A stretch of 64,000 bases of DNA, taken from NCBI RefSeq assembly GCF_006345805.1, contig NC_042997.1:128650001-128714000 (forward strand), written 5' to 3'. A model generated the notes under the pieces. The model saw nothing but the letters and a program-made list of their open reading frames with translations. It had not been told where the DNA came from and searched no databases. Made by a program: the position numbers and the translations under genes. The stretch comes from Octopus sinensis. Its lineage: Eukaryota. Shown here piece by piece: positions 1 to 12,632 of the stretch (its first letter is position 1; each line of letters opens with the position of its first letter).

Positions 1-480
1 CTAGAGAAATTGCCACATTTTCAACAAGACATGTGTCCTTTCAATCCCATACTTAATAAAGTATAGTTGTTTCTCTTGAACACATCTGATTCCTCCTATA
101 TTCTGTTTTCCTCTCAGCTCTTTTGCACCTTCTTGCTTATGCATTTTAAAACTACAAATCCAAGGAGCATATTTGCTTCATATCTTTCTACTCTTCACAA
201 ATCTCCTGTATTCAGGGCCCACATCTCAGTAGCATGCAACATTGCACTTCTTACTCAAGCATCTTACAATCTGTACTTCACTCTAAGAGGAAAGCCCTTT
301 GTTGCCTGCAGTAGTAATAGCTCCCTAACTTTTTTCAGTTCTTACTCTGTCTACCCAACTTACCAGCTAATCTGGTCCCCTAAATAAATAGAACTATCAA
401 CTACCAGAGAGCTGCCCTTACATTGGAGAGTGTCTATTTTGTATGTGCTCTTAGTACTTGCTGCCCCTAAACATCTAGTC
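1..480 (-). mobile_element. RTE-clade LINE fragment (C-terminal part of ORF2, decayed)
   Basis: Minus-strand translation gives VVDSSIYLGDQ...VRELLLLQATKGFPLRVKYRL*DA*VRSAMLHATEMWALNTGDL*RVERYEANML, matching the RTE post-RT region; stops present; homologous to 39560-40045 and 56700-57430. Confidence 0.8.
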
Positions 481-525
481 TACCTTCTCTGTTAGTTTGC
501 CTGCAATTCCACAGCACCTAAACAG

Positions 526-609
526 ATTTAATAGCTTAGTTTGGTAAATTTAATAGCTTATTTTAATTGATTTAATTTGCTAGTTTAATAAATTTGATAT
601 GTTAGTTAT
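526..609. repeat. Degenerate 22-bp minisatellite, about 4 units
   Basis: ATTTAATAGCTTAGTTTGGTAA-like units start at 526, 548, 570 and 592. Confidence 0.7.
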
Positions 610-668
610 CTTAATTTTAATGAACCTAACCAAAGTGAAACTGTGTGAGATTGTAAACAACAATGGTA

Positions 669-703
<35 letters not shown>

Positions 704-934
704 CAGCATTAGAAGCTGTGCAAAGGCAATAATGATAATAATGACTATGATAAAGATGATAATGATATGTGCCACAAGAGCACATAATGATAATAACAAC
801 AACAACAGCAGCTGTAAACCCTTCTTAATCAGAATTCTAGTTACAATGTTGTTAACAGATGTTAATCATCATAAACAGCCACCTTCCTAGTTAACATGTC
901 TCTATGGATATCTAATTTTAAAAGAGGAATTACA

Positions 935-1140
935 TTAACTCTTTCATGACCATATTGCTAATGAAACATTACACTGTCTCTGAGCTTCAATTAATTTTTA
1001 AAATAATCAAGATTTTGAAGGGATTTAGTGAAATAACTAAATTTTTCATTATTAAGTTGATGTTTTAGAACATAACTTCACAAAAAATTTCTTGTGTGAT
1101 ATTATGATGGGAAGTTTTAATTTAAATATAAACACATTAA
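935..1140. mobile_element. Degenerate copy of TTAA-type MITE family
   Basis: Starts TTAACTCTTTC; internal ATTTAGTGAAATAACT...GAACATAA...ATGATGGGAAGTTTTAATT matches the reverse complement of 47451-47670 and the copy at 60400-60636. Confidence 0.55.
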
Positions 1141-2306
1141 AAAAATTTTTTGTGTCATTGAACTATGGGCAATAACAGGTAGGCAATAGAAAGAGTTACC
1201 ACTTGAAATATTTCTCCTAATTTCAGAGCAGTGTACATTTGAACTACTTGTAAGTACTGGACATATATCACAACAACGGCCACAGTAACAACAATATAAA
1301 CATCAGCTACTTTGAAACTGACCAATTCAGAAGTATTTCGGTTATCTATATATTTTATAGTTTCTACTAGACAGTTAACATTCTGACACATCCTTGATGA
1401 GAAAAAAAAAGAAGGAATAAAATGAATATTGGTTTCCCAAGAATTTTGTGTTATGGAATGGTAGTGATAACAACATGTGCAGTCAGATAGATGACCCTAA
1501 AATTCCATTATCTTCTGTGGTCCATGTCTTCTGAGACATTGGATTCCATTAAAAGGATATTATTCAAACATTTTCTTTCAGTAACTTCTTGAACTGATTC
1601 TTTTCAAAGAAAATTTTTAATTTCAGCATTTAATGAAAATACCTTTCATTCAATTAAGGTTTTTAGTGCCATTGTTATTATTTCGGTAATGATTAATTGC
1701 CTAAACATTTAACATTCATGCTGCTATTTTTGTTGCTGCTATTGTTGTTGTTGTTGCTGTTGACATCATCTTCCTGCTTTCACTAAAGAAATGTAATTCA
1801 GTTTTGGAAAGGAAAAATAAAACGAAGAAGAAAACAGAAAAAATAGAATCCCTAATTTATTCTTTGAAGCAGAATGATTGATGTATTCAGGGATTAGTCA
1901 GAAAGTAATTCTGGCAATTTAGTTTTAACAATAAGAAAGGGAAGAAGAATGGAGTAAAAATATCTGTTAGTGAATATTGCCTGAGATTTCTTTTGATTAT
2001 AAAATATTTGCATGTGTAAACTGTTACTGGTAGAAACTGAGCAGTTACATACTGTGCAAATCTTCATAAATAAACTAAGAGCTGAAAATTGTTTCATTAG
2101 TATAGAATGGAAACTACTACCAATCTTAGGGGTCTGTTTGTGATGATTGGGATAGAGTTTAGAGAATGCCAACTCATTCAGAGGAAGTAATTATCTATTA
2201 GTATGTTGGCCCCTATATTTAATAGTCTGGCCAGAGGTAGAAAAGCAGCATCCATGATTTCTGAGACTGGTGGGAGAAGTTATACTCACACCAAAAACAT
2301 GGCTAT

Positions 2307-2490
2307 CTCCTATAGTAATTAACCTTCTGTCCTCCTATTAGGAACTGGCTCCTGTAGTAATTGACAGTCTGTTTTGTTCTACTGTTATGCAATTGTCCCC
2401 TGAGTGATTGACATGCCGTTCTATTCTAGAGTTATGGCCAGACCACTGTTGTCATTAACATCCAATTCTATTCTATGGTTATCAGTTTGC
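2307..2490. repeat. Degenerate 42-47 bp tandem repeat, about 4 units
   Basis: CTCCTRTAGTAATTRAC...TTCTA...GTTAT-like units at about 2307, 2349, 2396 and 2442. Confidence 0.5.
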
Positions 2491-4631
2491 TTACCTCTAT
2501 TCTATTCTCGTATTGTGTAGTGATCTTGTATTGTTCTGATGTTGTGTATTGACCCCTGTTGTTCAAGTGTTGGCCTCATCAGTAATCCCATCAGTCTGGA
2601 GAAACCTGCCAAGATTATGGGTGCTTCTCCTCTTTCCATGACTTTTTAAAAATCATCATGAAATAAATGGATTTAAAACAGTAATCAGAATTTTTAAAAG
2701 ATGGTGCACTGCATATGACCAGCAAGATATTAGAGAGAGATAGACAGATAGACAAACAGAGAGAGAGAGAGAGAGTAAAGAAAGTAAACTAGTAAATGTG
2801 GAAACTAATGAGGCTCTGTAGCAGCAAATCAGAAATAAAAAATGGTTAATAAAATTCTTCAAAGAGGGCATTGACTGAACTGTCAGAAGTCACCTCTCTC
2901 AATGGCACATACACACACACAGCATGCTTATATTTTAAGAACATTTATGAAAGAGAGACACTAAAGCACCAGACTAAATGTTTTATGATATTTGAACATG
3001 TTTTTGTCAGTTCTGACATTAGGTCAGGTTTAGCTTTCATCTCACTGAGGTTGACAAAATAAGTACCAGAGACACACTGGATTTATGTAAATTGATTGCA
3101 CTCTTTCCCTGCAAAAATTGTCATTGCACCTACTCATAAAACAAGAAAACAAAGCCTTCCTCTTCTTCCCTCCACCTACTGTGCAATGATGTTGTTTGTT
3201 ATTGATTTGATATGTTTGTCTATTTTGGTATGTACTAAATTGGTCTGATATCAATAATACAGTTTTAGAAAATAAAGAATATTTTGATAAAACTTTTATT
3301 TTATGATGTCACACTATGCTTATATGATATGCATTATTTGTGTATGTAAATGTGCATATGTATGTGTGTATTACCATGATTGTCATCAAGCTTTGCATGT
3401 CCATTTTCCCCAAATTAGCATGGCTTAGACAACATTTATTGAGGCAAAATTCCTTGTCACCAAGCTTTACTTATTGTCAGTAAGGTTTATTTTCCCACAG
3501 GTCTTCACATGTTGCAACTAAAAAATATCATTGACTGATGATATATGTGTGCATGAGTCAGATAACATTCATGGAGATTTGTGTTCTGTAGCTGGACACT
3601 CTTCTTGTCTCCAACTTTCATCTATTTACAAACAAGGCAATATTTTTAGTCTTTGCACATGAATAATACAATGGCTGAAAGTCTTTTCACAGAAGATTGC
3701 AGTGTTCATTTACAATTAGCATGCATGGTTAAGAAGTTTGCTTTGGATTCATCTACTGTGGACCAGGCCTGCCAAAGCTTTATGAGTGGATTTGGTAGAT
3801 GGGAACTGAAAAATAACCCATCATGTGTATGCATATGTGTGTCTATGTATCCTTGTCTTGATAATTGTAAAGAAACATAACTGCCATACAAGGGGTATTG
3901 TTTGTTTGCAACCTTCTGTGAAAAGATGTTCAGCCATGGAGCTTTTCCTGTTCAAAAGACTAGGGAAATAATGCCCTACTTGGAAACAGGTAAGCATTGG
4001 TAACAGTAAGAGCATCAAACCACAGAAAATCTCCTTCAACAAATTTAGTCCCACCCATGGATAATAAAATGGTGATGATATATATCATCATGTACATGCA
4101 CACACACAAAACGTGTGAGTGTGTGTGGGTATTAGAGGGTGAGAGAAAAATATAGCAACAAATACAACATGGACATTTATATAAAGCAAGAGAAATGTAA
4201 GAAATCTTGTCAGATTATCAGTCACTGTTAATAATGCTCAAGTCTAGATTTTTGCTAGACAATACTTTCACTTTACTTGAGATTCGATGAGATATATTTC
4301 TTTTAAATCATTTATCTTTCATACTTTTAATTTAGCCATTTACCATTTAAGCCCTCTCCCATGAAATACATTTCTTTGAATATCACTTTACTCATTGAAA
4401 GTCAGAGAAAGCAAAAACATTCTGTTAGCTGAAGGGGTTGAAAAGTGCCTTTTTAAATCTTTTATTTTTAGTTTAACTATAATTCTATCAATAGGAGTTT
4501 TTAAAAATATTTTTTAAATACTTCCATTCAAAAGTGATAAATAGTAAATGTCAGATGTTAAAATGAAAAGTATCTTGTACTATTTGCAGTTTAACTTGCA
4601 ATTCATATTACCCCCGAAAAATTTTTAATTC

Positions 4632-4738
4632 TACTGGAGCCTGGGGCAGTCCCGAGCTCCCCAGACCCCGGCCGAAACCGTCCAACCCGTGCTAGCGCGG
4701 AAAACGGACGTTAAACGATGATGATGATGATGATGATT
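4632..4738 (+). mobile_element. Young 5'-truncated retroposon 3' tail (RTE-type) ending in (GAT)n
   Basis: CpG-rich ...CCGTCCAACCCGTGCTAGCGCGGAAAACGGACGTTAAACGATGATGATG; same tail at 39000-39058, 52704-52750 and, reverse, 18557-18620 and 48605-48720. Confidence 0.8.
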
Positions 4739-5502
4739 GTTAATGTTGTTCTTTTATTACCTGATACATCTTTACCAATATTTATTCATGTCATTGAGAG
4801 TATAAAGAATTCTTTGGAGGTATTTCGGTGGGGTTTAGAGGATCTTTTATATATATGTGTACACACACACACACATACATACATACATGGGGTCTGTCAT
4901 TTTCTCTTCAGCAAATCATTATTTTATTTTATACTACCATGATATTTCAGATTGTAAATAATTAGGGAAAAAAATATGATTTAGTGGCAAGAAAACCAAG
5001 TTCAGTTGTTGTATATGATTAAGAATTTATTTTTCATGTGTCCAATCTTTTTTGGGGGAAACATTCTAAAAAATTAATATTACAGCTTAAAATTTTGCAT
5101 CATATAAATTCAGTACACTTAAAAAAATAGAATGTTACTACTTTTTCATATCTTGTATGTAAAATTATTAAGAAAAAATGGAACTATGTCTTATTGGTAA
5201 TATAACAGGATTTGCAGTAGGAATTAATATTATCATATAATGTATAACCTCAGTCTTTTGGGATTACCACAAAAAAATATAAATATGATTAAAGAAATCT
5301 TTAAAAAAGAAATAGAGGAAATATTGATATGTATAGCAATATCTTATTGAAATATAATAGTTGAAATAAGCAGATAATATTAAAATACTTGGTTTGTAAC
5401 TAATCCAGTCAATGGGATTAACTCCTAATCAAATTCATTTATTGGGAAGAAAGTATTCATCTACCTAAAATTATCTACCTTTCCCTCTCTCATTCTAATA
5501 TT

Positions 5503-5528
5503 TGTGTGTGTGTGTCTATATATCTATA

Positions 5529-5575
<47 letters not shown>

Positions 5576-5765
5576 TGTACTTGTATGTATGCATGTATGT
5601 ATGTACATATATATATATATATATATATCATTATATATATATATGCTTGTATGTATGTATGCATATACATACTTACAGACATATACATATATATAGACAT
5701 ATATACATATAGATACATTCACACACACACACAAACACACTCTCACACACACATGTGTGTGTGTA
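5503..5765. repeat. Compound (TG)/(TA)/(CA) microsatellite
   Basis: Directly visible; explains the YIYI/CVCV ORFs. Confidence 0.95.
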
Positions 5766-6049
5766 ATATAATAGTGCATTATATTTATCATCATCATTTT
5801 AAATTTACTATTATGTGCTGGAGCTAACTCATAGGCTGAGTTCTTTTCAGAGTTACTAACCTCTCAAATATATAGGAACCAATTGTCACTTGTCCATAAA
5901 ACTTTTGGCATGTTCTTTATGGCTTCCTATCATCAACTACTTCACACATTGTATGAGGTATGTTTTATCATAGCACCAGCACTAAAGTAATGCAAGATAA
6001 CCAGAGTGATAGGTGTAAGGGAGAGTATGTATGTATATGTGTATGTATT

Positions 6050-7010
6050 TTTTTTCTGTAGTTTCAGCTCAGAGCTGCGGCCATGCTGATGCACCGCCGT
6101 TTTGCTACACTGTTATTACTGAGAGCCTCCTCCAAATATGGCACTTGGTGAAGAATGCAGTAATTGGTCCTGAAGCATAATGGTGTTGCTGAGATCTTTG
6201 GCACTGTGCAGTGTCGACCCTTTCTGGCATTGGTGTAGCTTTCAATGCCAAAATGTGGCACAGTTCCTTCCAGGATCTTCCAGATGTATATTTTACTGCA
6301 TCCCTCTCCCGCCTTCACTCCAGGGAGTAGAGTCTTAGCCGTTTCAGCCTTTTCTAGTAGCTGAGCAATTGCAAAGAGACAATCTTCTTTGTGAATCTTC
6401 GCTGGAATGCTTCAAGGTCCGCTGTTAATTTTACACTATTGGGTGACTATAGCTGGGAGCAGTGATCCAGGCGGCTACGGACAAATGTCCTCCATAAGAC
6501 CATCATGGTTTCCTTATCTCTGGTTCTGAATGTTCTCAGGATCCATCCAGTCAAACTTCTGCACTGTGTCGCCATCCTGGTAATGTGCGCTTGGAAAGAG
6601 GTATCATCACTCATGTCGATACTCAGATCCCTCACTGATTTAGGCTCTGGGATTGAAATTCCTTGTGGACCAGTGTACCCTGTAAGTTTCATATTCAGTT
6701 TTGGATGCTGGTAGAGAAGGGCTTGGAATTTTTCAGCATTAAACTGCATCTTATTATCCTCTGCCCTTCTGCAAATTGAGTCCAGCTAGAGCTGCAGATG
6801 TGCAACATTGCTGGGGTTCTGTATTTTCTGCGAGACTTTCATATCGTCTGCATAGCTGGCAAGGGTGGCTATCCGGGCAGTTTAGGGTATATCTGAGAGG
6901 GCCACTACGTAAAGCAGTGGTCCCAAGACAGTGCCCTGTGGAACACCACTTACTATTTGTGTTTTCATTGAGATTGCTCTATTGGCCACTGCTCCTGACT
7001 TCTGTATGTA
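6050..7010 (-). mobile_element. CR1-like LINE 3' fragment: reverse transcriptase pseudogene plus 3' tail
   Basis: Minus strand SGVPQGTVLGPLL (about 6915-6950), SYADDMK (YADD at 6843-6854), ORF 6447-6749 MQFNAEKFQ...VRDLSIDMSDD...WILRTFRTRD...RSRLDHCSQL, then IYIWKILEG; stops and frameshifts; ends in GGCGGTGCATCAGCATGGCCGCAGCTCTGAGCTGAAAC plus an A-run. Confidence 0.9.
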
Positions 7011-7069
7011 TAATGTCCCTTCTATTATCCTCAGTATACCACAGAACTAACCTTTATTTCAACAAACTC

Positions 7070-7074
<5 letters not shown>

Positions 7075-7111
<37 letters not shown>
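7075..7111. repeat. (CT)n microsatellite
   Basis: Directly visible. Confidence 0.95.
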
Positions 7112-7116
<5 letters not shown>

Positions 7117-8299
7117 GGAATATATTATACCATCCTAGGTCCCATACTACCCTCTATGCCTAGTCCTTCATCCACAGAATGTCAGCTATCTTGAAGCTTT
7201 CTCTCTGCACATGTTTTACTTGTGACTGTCAATTTACAACAGTTCAAATGAAATGTTAACAACATTAGTCTCATTGAGCTCAGAGGGCTTGCATATGTTA
7301 TGGGTACAGCCTGTTCCTCTGAGAAGCTTCTTTACAAGCCCATAGTTTTGGGCCCTTGATAGATACAAACTGTGCAAAGCCTGTTGTGTGTGTGTGCGTG
7401 TGTGCGTTCCTGTATATGTGTGCATGTGTGTGTGAGTGCTTTTATATTCAGAGCTTGCATAAATAGCCACTACAAATATTGTCTAATGGACATGTCAATA
7501 AATTGTCCTGTAACTCTGTGCTTTTGAAGATAAGTGTAATAAAAGCTCCTTTACATGAAAGGCCGGTATGGTTAGTGGTAGGAAGGGCATCTAGCCACAA
7601 TAATCAATGCCTCAACAAATATGTCTAACCCATGGTAGTATGGGAAAACCAGTATAAACTGAATTAGAAAATATTATGTGTTTTTGTGTGTGTATGTATG
7701 TATGTGTGTGTGCGTGTAGATATAGATATACATAGAGAGAAAAAGAGACAAAGAGAGATACATCATATACCTACATATATAGTTCTTTTAAGCTAGCATA
7801 TTCTGCTGTTTTGCTAAAACAATCTATGTTGCTTTTATATATTTTTAAGGTAGTGAAAAAAACCCCATCATTTGTTGCAGTTTTCAATTGGTTTCTTTTC
7901 ATAAATATATCTTTATATCCAATTCCACTTATGTTAACATTTCCTAAATTTCCCATCTGACACCCACCATCTGCTATGATTTCAGGCCAATTCATCCATT
8001 CTCATCACTTTTCTCTCTACCGGCTTACAAGCCTTTATGCTGGCTACTATTATCACATTTTGTTTTGTATACAAATGTATAGCTATTGTCCCACATCACA
8101 ATATATATTGGCATCAACTCACAACATGTACACCAAACTTTTGTTTTCTTCAACCATGCAAAATAAAGATGATTTTTTTTTATCTCACTATATGTGAAGA
8201 AGTAAATGCATTATTCTGTGTAGTTATACTTGATTTCAAGCCTCTTGAGTAATTATCAGAAATTATTCATGCTTCAGATAAGAACATTTCACTTGTCGC

Positions 8300-8620
8300 T
8301 TATAATATCTTTAAGAGAGGTTAAAATTTACCATTTCCTTTGCAGCTCCTGAAACCATTAAGAAATTGCCTCCATCTGGCAATCTGTGAATCAGTGACTG
8401 GAATTTTCATCTAATTCACCATGTTTCTTAGAAATTGAGCTTCTAGTAAAGGCTTTTAACATATTTCAGTCCCTTGGAAGCAGGCATATTGCATATCTCT
8501 AAAACTACCTCCAGACATGATTAATTGCTACTCTTCAACTAAAAGGTTTGCAATGGAAATATCCTTGTCATTTACTCTAAGACTTCTAACCAAATTGCTG
8601 AGGGGAATCTTTACTTCCAA
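8300..8620 (-). mobile_element. Possible heavily decayed Helitron PIF1-helicase remnant
   Basis: Frame-hopping minus-strand pieces KPF..VA/LIMSGGSFR..LLPR...LRNM...GNGK resemble PIF1 motifs (KPFGG...GDFRQ.LP...L.NMR...IGNG); needs several frameshifts. Confidence 0.3.
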
Positions 8621-9194
8621 AATTATATTTTTCTTTCTTTTTTTTTTTTCAGGCTAGGTGAGCTTGTGCCACAGTTTATCTAGTACATCAAGGCTTATAG
8701 TATTTATACATAATATAACATTACCAGTACCTTACATGTATTAGTGACATTACTATGTACCCATCATTAGTAGTGAAATGTAATAGATTTTCTATATGTC
8801 TGACCTGTGATCATGACTTGAATTTGGTATATATACATGTGCACAGATGTGTGCATGTGTGTTTGTTTATATATAACAGTACATAACAGTGTATCAAGTT
8901 GTATCTTATATAAGAAAGGTAATTTGATCACTTGATGAATAAAGTTCATTAATATAAATACCAAATTGAAGTAAGTACTGCAGTTTACATGATCACTAAA
9001 ACCTTTGAAGGTGGTGCCCAACAATCCAATGTCTGAAATATGTGAAAGACTTAAAAAATGTATTAGTATTAAAGATTCTACCGTCCATCTTAGGTGAAAC
9101 TATACATTGTCCATGAAATACAGTCCAACTAACATTGCTAGTTTGACAATAATCACAGTCAACACTGTAATATGGCAATATTTTATACATTATA

Positions 9195-9402
9195 AGGTGG
9201 AAAGCTAGCAGTATTGTTAGCATGCCAGGCAAAAGAACTTAGTGGAATTTTGTCCATCTTTGTGTTCAATTCCACCAAGCTTGATTTTGCCTTTCATCCT
9301 TTTGAGGTCAATAAAATAAGTACCAGTTGAGCACTGGGGTCGCTGTAATCAACTTAACCTCTCCCCTGAACTTGCTGGCCTTGTGCCAAAATTTGAAACC
9401 AT
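9195..9402 (+). mobile_element. tRNA-derived SINE, family A (older copy)
   Basis: AAGGTGG..AGCTAGCAG..TTGTTAGCA head, TTTGCCTTTCATCCTTTTGAGGTCAATAAAATAAGTACCAG core, GCCTTGTGCCAAAATTTGAAACC end; homologous to 9455-9685, 39058-39266 and 50493-50697. Confidence 0.8.
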
Positions 9403-9454
9403 TTTAATACTTTTAGATGTTTCTCTGACATATATTACAACTGACACTGTCAGA

Positions 9455-9685
9455 AGGTGGTGAGCTGGCAGAATCGTTAGCACGCTGGGCAAAATGCGTA
9501 GCGGTATTTCGTCTGCCGTTACGTTCTGAGTTCAAATTCCACCGAGGTCGACTTTGCCTTTCATCCTTTTGGGGTCGATAAATTAAGTACCAGTTACGCA
9601 CTGGGGTCGATATAATCGACTTAATCTGTTTGTCTGTCCTTGTCTGTCCCTTCTGTTTAGCCCCTTGTGAGTAGTAGAAAAAATA
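9455..9685 (+). mobile_element. tRNA-derived SINE, family A (young, full length, 9-bp TSD)
   Basis: A-box-like CTGGCAGAATCG, B-box GAGTTCAAATTCC, core GTCGACTTTGCCTTTCATCCTTTTGGGGTCGATAAATTAAGTACCAG; flanked by ACTGTCAGA at 9446-9454 and 9686-9694. Confidence 0.9.
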
Positions 9686-10163
9686 ACTGTCAGATGTCTC
9701 ATGTGTTGGTTAGCACAGTTGTATGGTATACAACAGATGTGGCATTTGAATCTCACATATATGACACTACAACTTTTTTGCATTTTTTTTCTTCAATATT
9801 AGATATATATGATATTATACTTTGAATACTGTGTGGAGTGAGTTACCCATTGACAGGTCACTAGTATGTCATTGCAACTACTTAATTTATGTCTACTGAA
9901 AGTGATGTTGTATGTTTATATTAAATACACCTTAGCTAACAGATGTCCCTCTGTCATACATCTTAGTCTATACTTTCAAATGTCTGTCTGTGACATGCAC
10001 CACAACTGATATTGTTCTGGCATACATCACTGCTGACACTAAACTGTCATACATCACAGCTGATATTGTCAGATATTTGCATGTTATACAAGCATCTAAC
10101 AGCATAAACAATACTACTGGATGTATGTACAACAGATATGACAACTAATATTTTATATATATT

Positions 10164-10325
10164 AGGTTCAGGCATGACTGTGTGATTAAGAAGTCTGCCT
10201 TGCAGCCATGTGCTTTGAGAATCAGGCCTACTGCACAGCATCTTGGGCAAATGTCTTTTGTTATTGCTCAGCTTGACCAATACTTCTAAGGTATCTTGGT
10301 AGACAAGAACTGTACAAAGCCCATC
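10164..10325 (+). mobile_element. SINE family B, 5' portion
   Basis: GGCATGACTGTGTGATTAAG...CTTGGGCAAATGTCTT...TTGGTAGAC..GAACTG, homologous to 12258-12410 and the reverse of 16700-16850. Confidence 0.7.
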
Positions 10326-12257
10326 ACACACACATACACACACACTCGCATGTATGTGTGAGAATGTTTACATTCTGTGCTGAACTGACCTATGGACAGT
10401 CTTGTTTGATGACACTTCCTAGTTGACCAATAATCTGATAGTTCTGTGCTTTCAAAGATGTGAAGAATGAAAGCTGCCTTCTTGAGAAACAAGTAAAGGT
10501 TAGGAACAAGGACATCTGACTGTAAGACAATGCCTCAGTAGTGTGTCTCCATCTAACACTTGGTAGCATGGAAAAATGGATGTTAAATAAATAAACAAGC
10601 AAACATTATATGTATATTTAAAACTTTCCTGCAGTTCTCATTAGTAAATATGGATATCGACACTGCTTTTATAGTGATGTACTTTTACACAGTAAACACA
10701 ATTTTGTTTACATCTATTTGTTGTCTGACAAAAGAGCCCTCTTCTACTTCCCTACTTATTAGTTAGCAATCATAACGGCACCTAACTGCAAAGACAATAT
10801 CTAAATGTAACAATTTACAAAGGAAAAAAGAAGAAAATTCTGACCACACTAACCAAGAATGGAAACCAATAAAAGGAAAATACAACAGAGAAATAAATAG
10901 GCAGCTGATTATTTTAAATTATTTATAGATACCATTTTCTTCCAGCTGCTGTTATTATTATACTCATATATTATGACTACTATAGTGTTATTATGAAGAC
11001 AATACTATTTACTTGGAGTACTTCTAAGTAACTCTTTCTAGATTGCATGTGTGATGTATGAAAAAAATCTTTATACATTTGCTTCAGTCTCCATTTTGCT
11101 TTGTGCTGATCACTTTATAAATATGTCCTGAAAATATTACATAATACACTTCAAAATTTACTTGTAGTCAAGTCAGTTTTTCTGTAATCTCTTAGACATC
11201 TTAAAACCAAACCAATTCCAACTTCCAAGTAAAGCAAGTGGTTATTTTCAGCTCTGTTTAATCAAGAGAATTACATAATTAAACACTCATAATTAGAGTG
11301 ATTTTACCTGATGCTAATGCCAGAGATTAATATCAACATTAGATTAACAATAACAAGCAAACACTGCCATCACTAATAAACTATCTTTGCTTAATCATTC
11401 AATTCATATCTTTAAAAAAACAATTTCATTTAATAAAGTATTGTTTCTATTACAACATCATGCTTGTTGAGCTGGGGATTATTTTATAACTATAACAAAT
11501 TTTATATATTTATAAAAATATATTATAAATTTGGCAAAATACTATTTTATGCAATCTTTGTTTTTTTTATGCATATAACAGTGAATTAGTGTTGAAACAG
11601 TTAAAAGATATTGAGATATAACTTTGTTTAATATAAATTGTCATCATCGTTTAATGTTTTTGTTTCCTACTGGCAGGGACAGTTTGACAGGATCTGATGA
11701 ATCTAATGACTACATTGTGGTCCACTATCTACTTTGGCATTGTTTCCATAACTGGTTGCTTTTTATCATGTCACCAGTAGTAACCCTTTTGAGTGTGCCT
11801 ACTCTAAAAGGATTAGTGTCAGAAAGGGACTTTTGAAAGTCTCCAGTAACCTATGCCAACATGGAAAAGCTGAACTGAAATAAATTATGATGATTATTGC
11901 TCTCTTAAGTTACATGTGTTGGTTTGGCTGACAATGGACTCACCATGACTGTTAAGAGCCACTGTGAAGAATAGTGAGTCTTTATATTATGTGATGGAGT
12001 ACTAGTTACAACTACCACAAGGGCTCTAAGTGACACTCATTGTTAAGTGTCTCTTCTATCTTGTGATCAGTTTTTATTCAGGAGTCCTTCTCTCCTAGAT
12101 ATTGTTTTCTTTACTTCAACTTGTGTGATTAGGACAGAACTCTTTTTCATATATTATGCTTGTTCAGTCAATCTTTTTGACTGAGCTAAGAATCCACATC
12201 ACTGTGTGATGCAAAGGAAGGGTTTAAACTATCATACATGCATTTGTGTGTGTGTAT

Positions 12258-12632
12258 AGGCATAACTATGTGGTAAGAAATTTGCTTTCCAATGGCTTTG
12301 GGTTCAATCCAAATGTCTAGAGTCTTGGGGAAATGTTTTTTGCCATAGCCACAGGCTGACCAATACCTTGTGAGTAAATATGGTAGTTGGGAACAGAAAG
12401 AAACTCAGCATATATGTATGTGTGTCTTTTCATTGTGCTTTTGTTTGTCCCCACCACTGCTTGACAAGTGTTAGTTTGTTTATGTCCCCATCACTTAGCT
12501 GTTTGGCAAAAAGACACCTATGAAATAAGTACCAGACTTCAAAAAAAATAAGTATTGGGTTCAATTTTTTCAACTTAATCCTTCAAGGCAGTAATCCAGC
12601 ATAGCTGCAGTCCAGTGATCAAACCAAGTAAA
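12258..12632 (+). mobile_element. SINE family B, near full length
   Basis: tRNA-like head (CTATGTGGTAAG...GGGTTCAATCC), central (TG) tract, body GCTTGACAA..GTTTATGTCCCC..ACTTAGC..TTTGGCAAAA and tail CCAGCATAGCTGCAGTC; colinear with the reverse complement of 16436-16850. Confidence 0.8.

Noticed and set aside
1227-1249. Possible 23-nt micro-exon (TTTCAG|...|GTAAGT)
   Set aside because: Such splice-like pairs arise by chance in 64 kb of AT-rich DNA; no partner exons or recognisable peptide.
5502-5827. YIYI/CVCV/THTH ORFs here and at many similar sites
   Set aside because: Dinucleotide microsatellite translations.
8625-8662. Strong polypyrimidine tract plus CAG followed by GCTAG|GTGAGC
   Set aside because: Could be the reverse of a poly(A) tail or chance; no supporting reading frame; needs RNA-seq.
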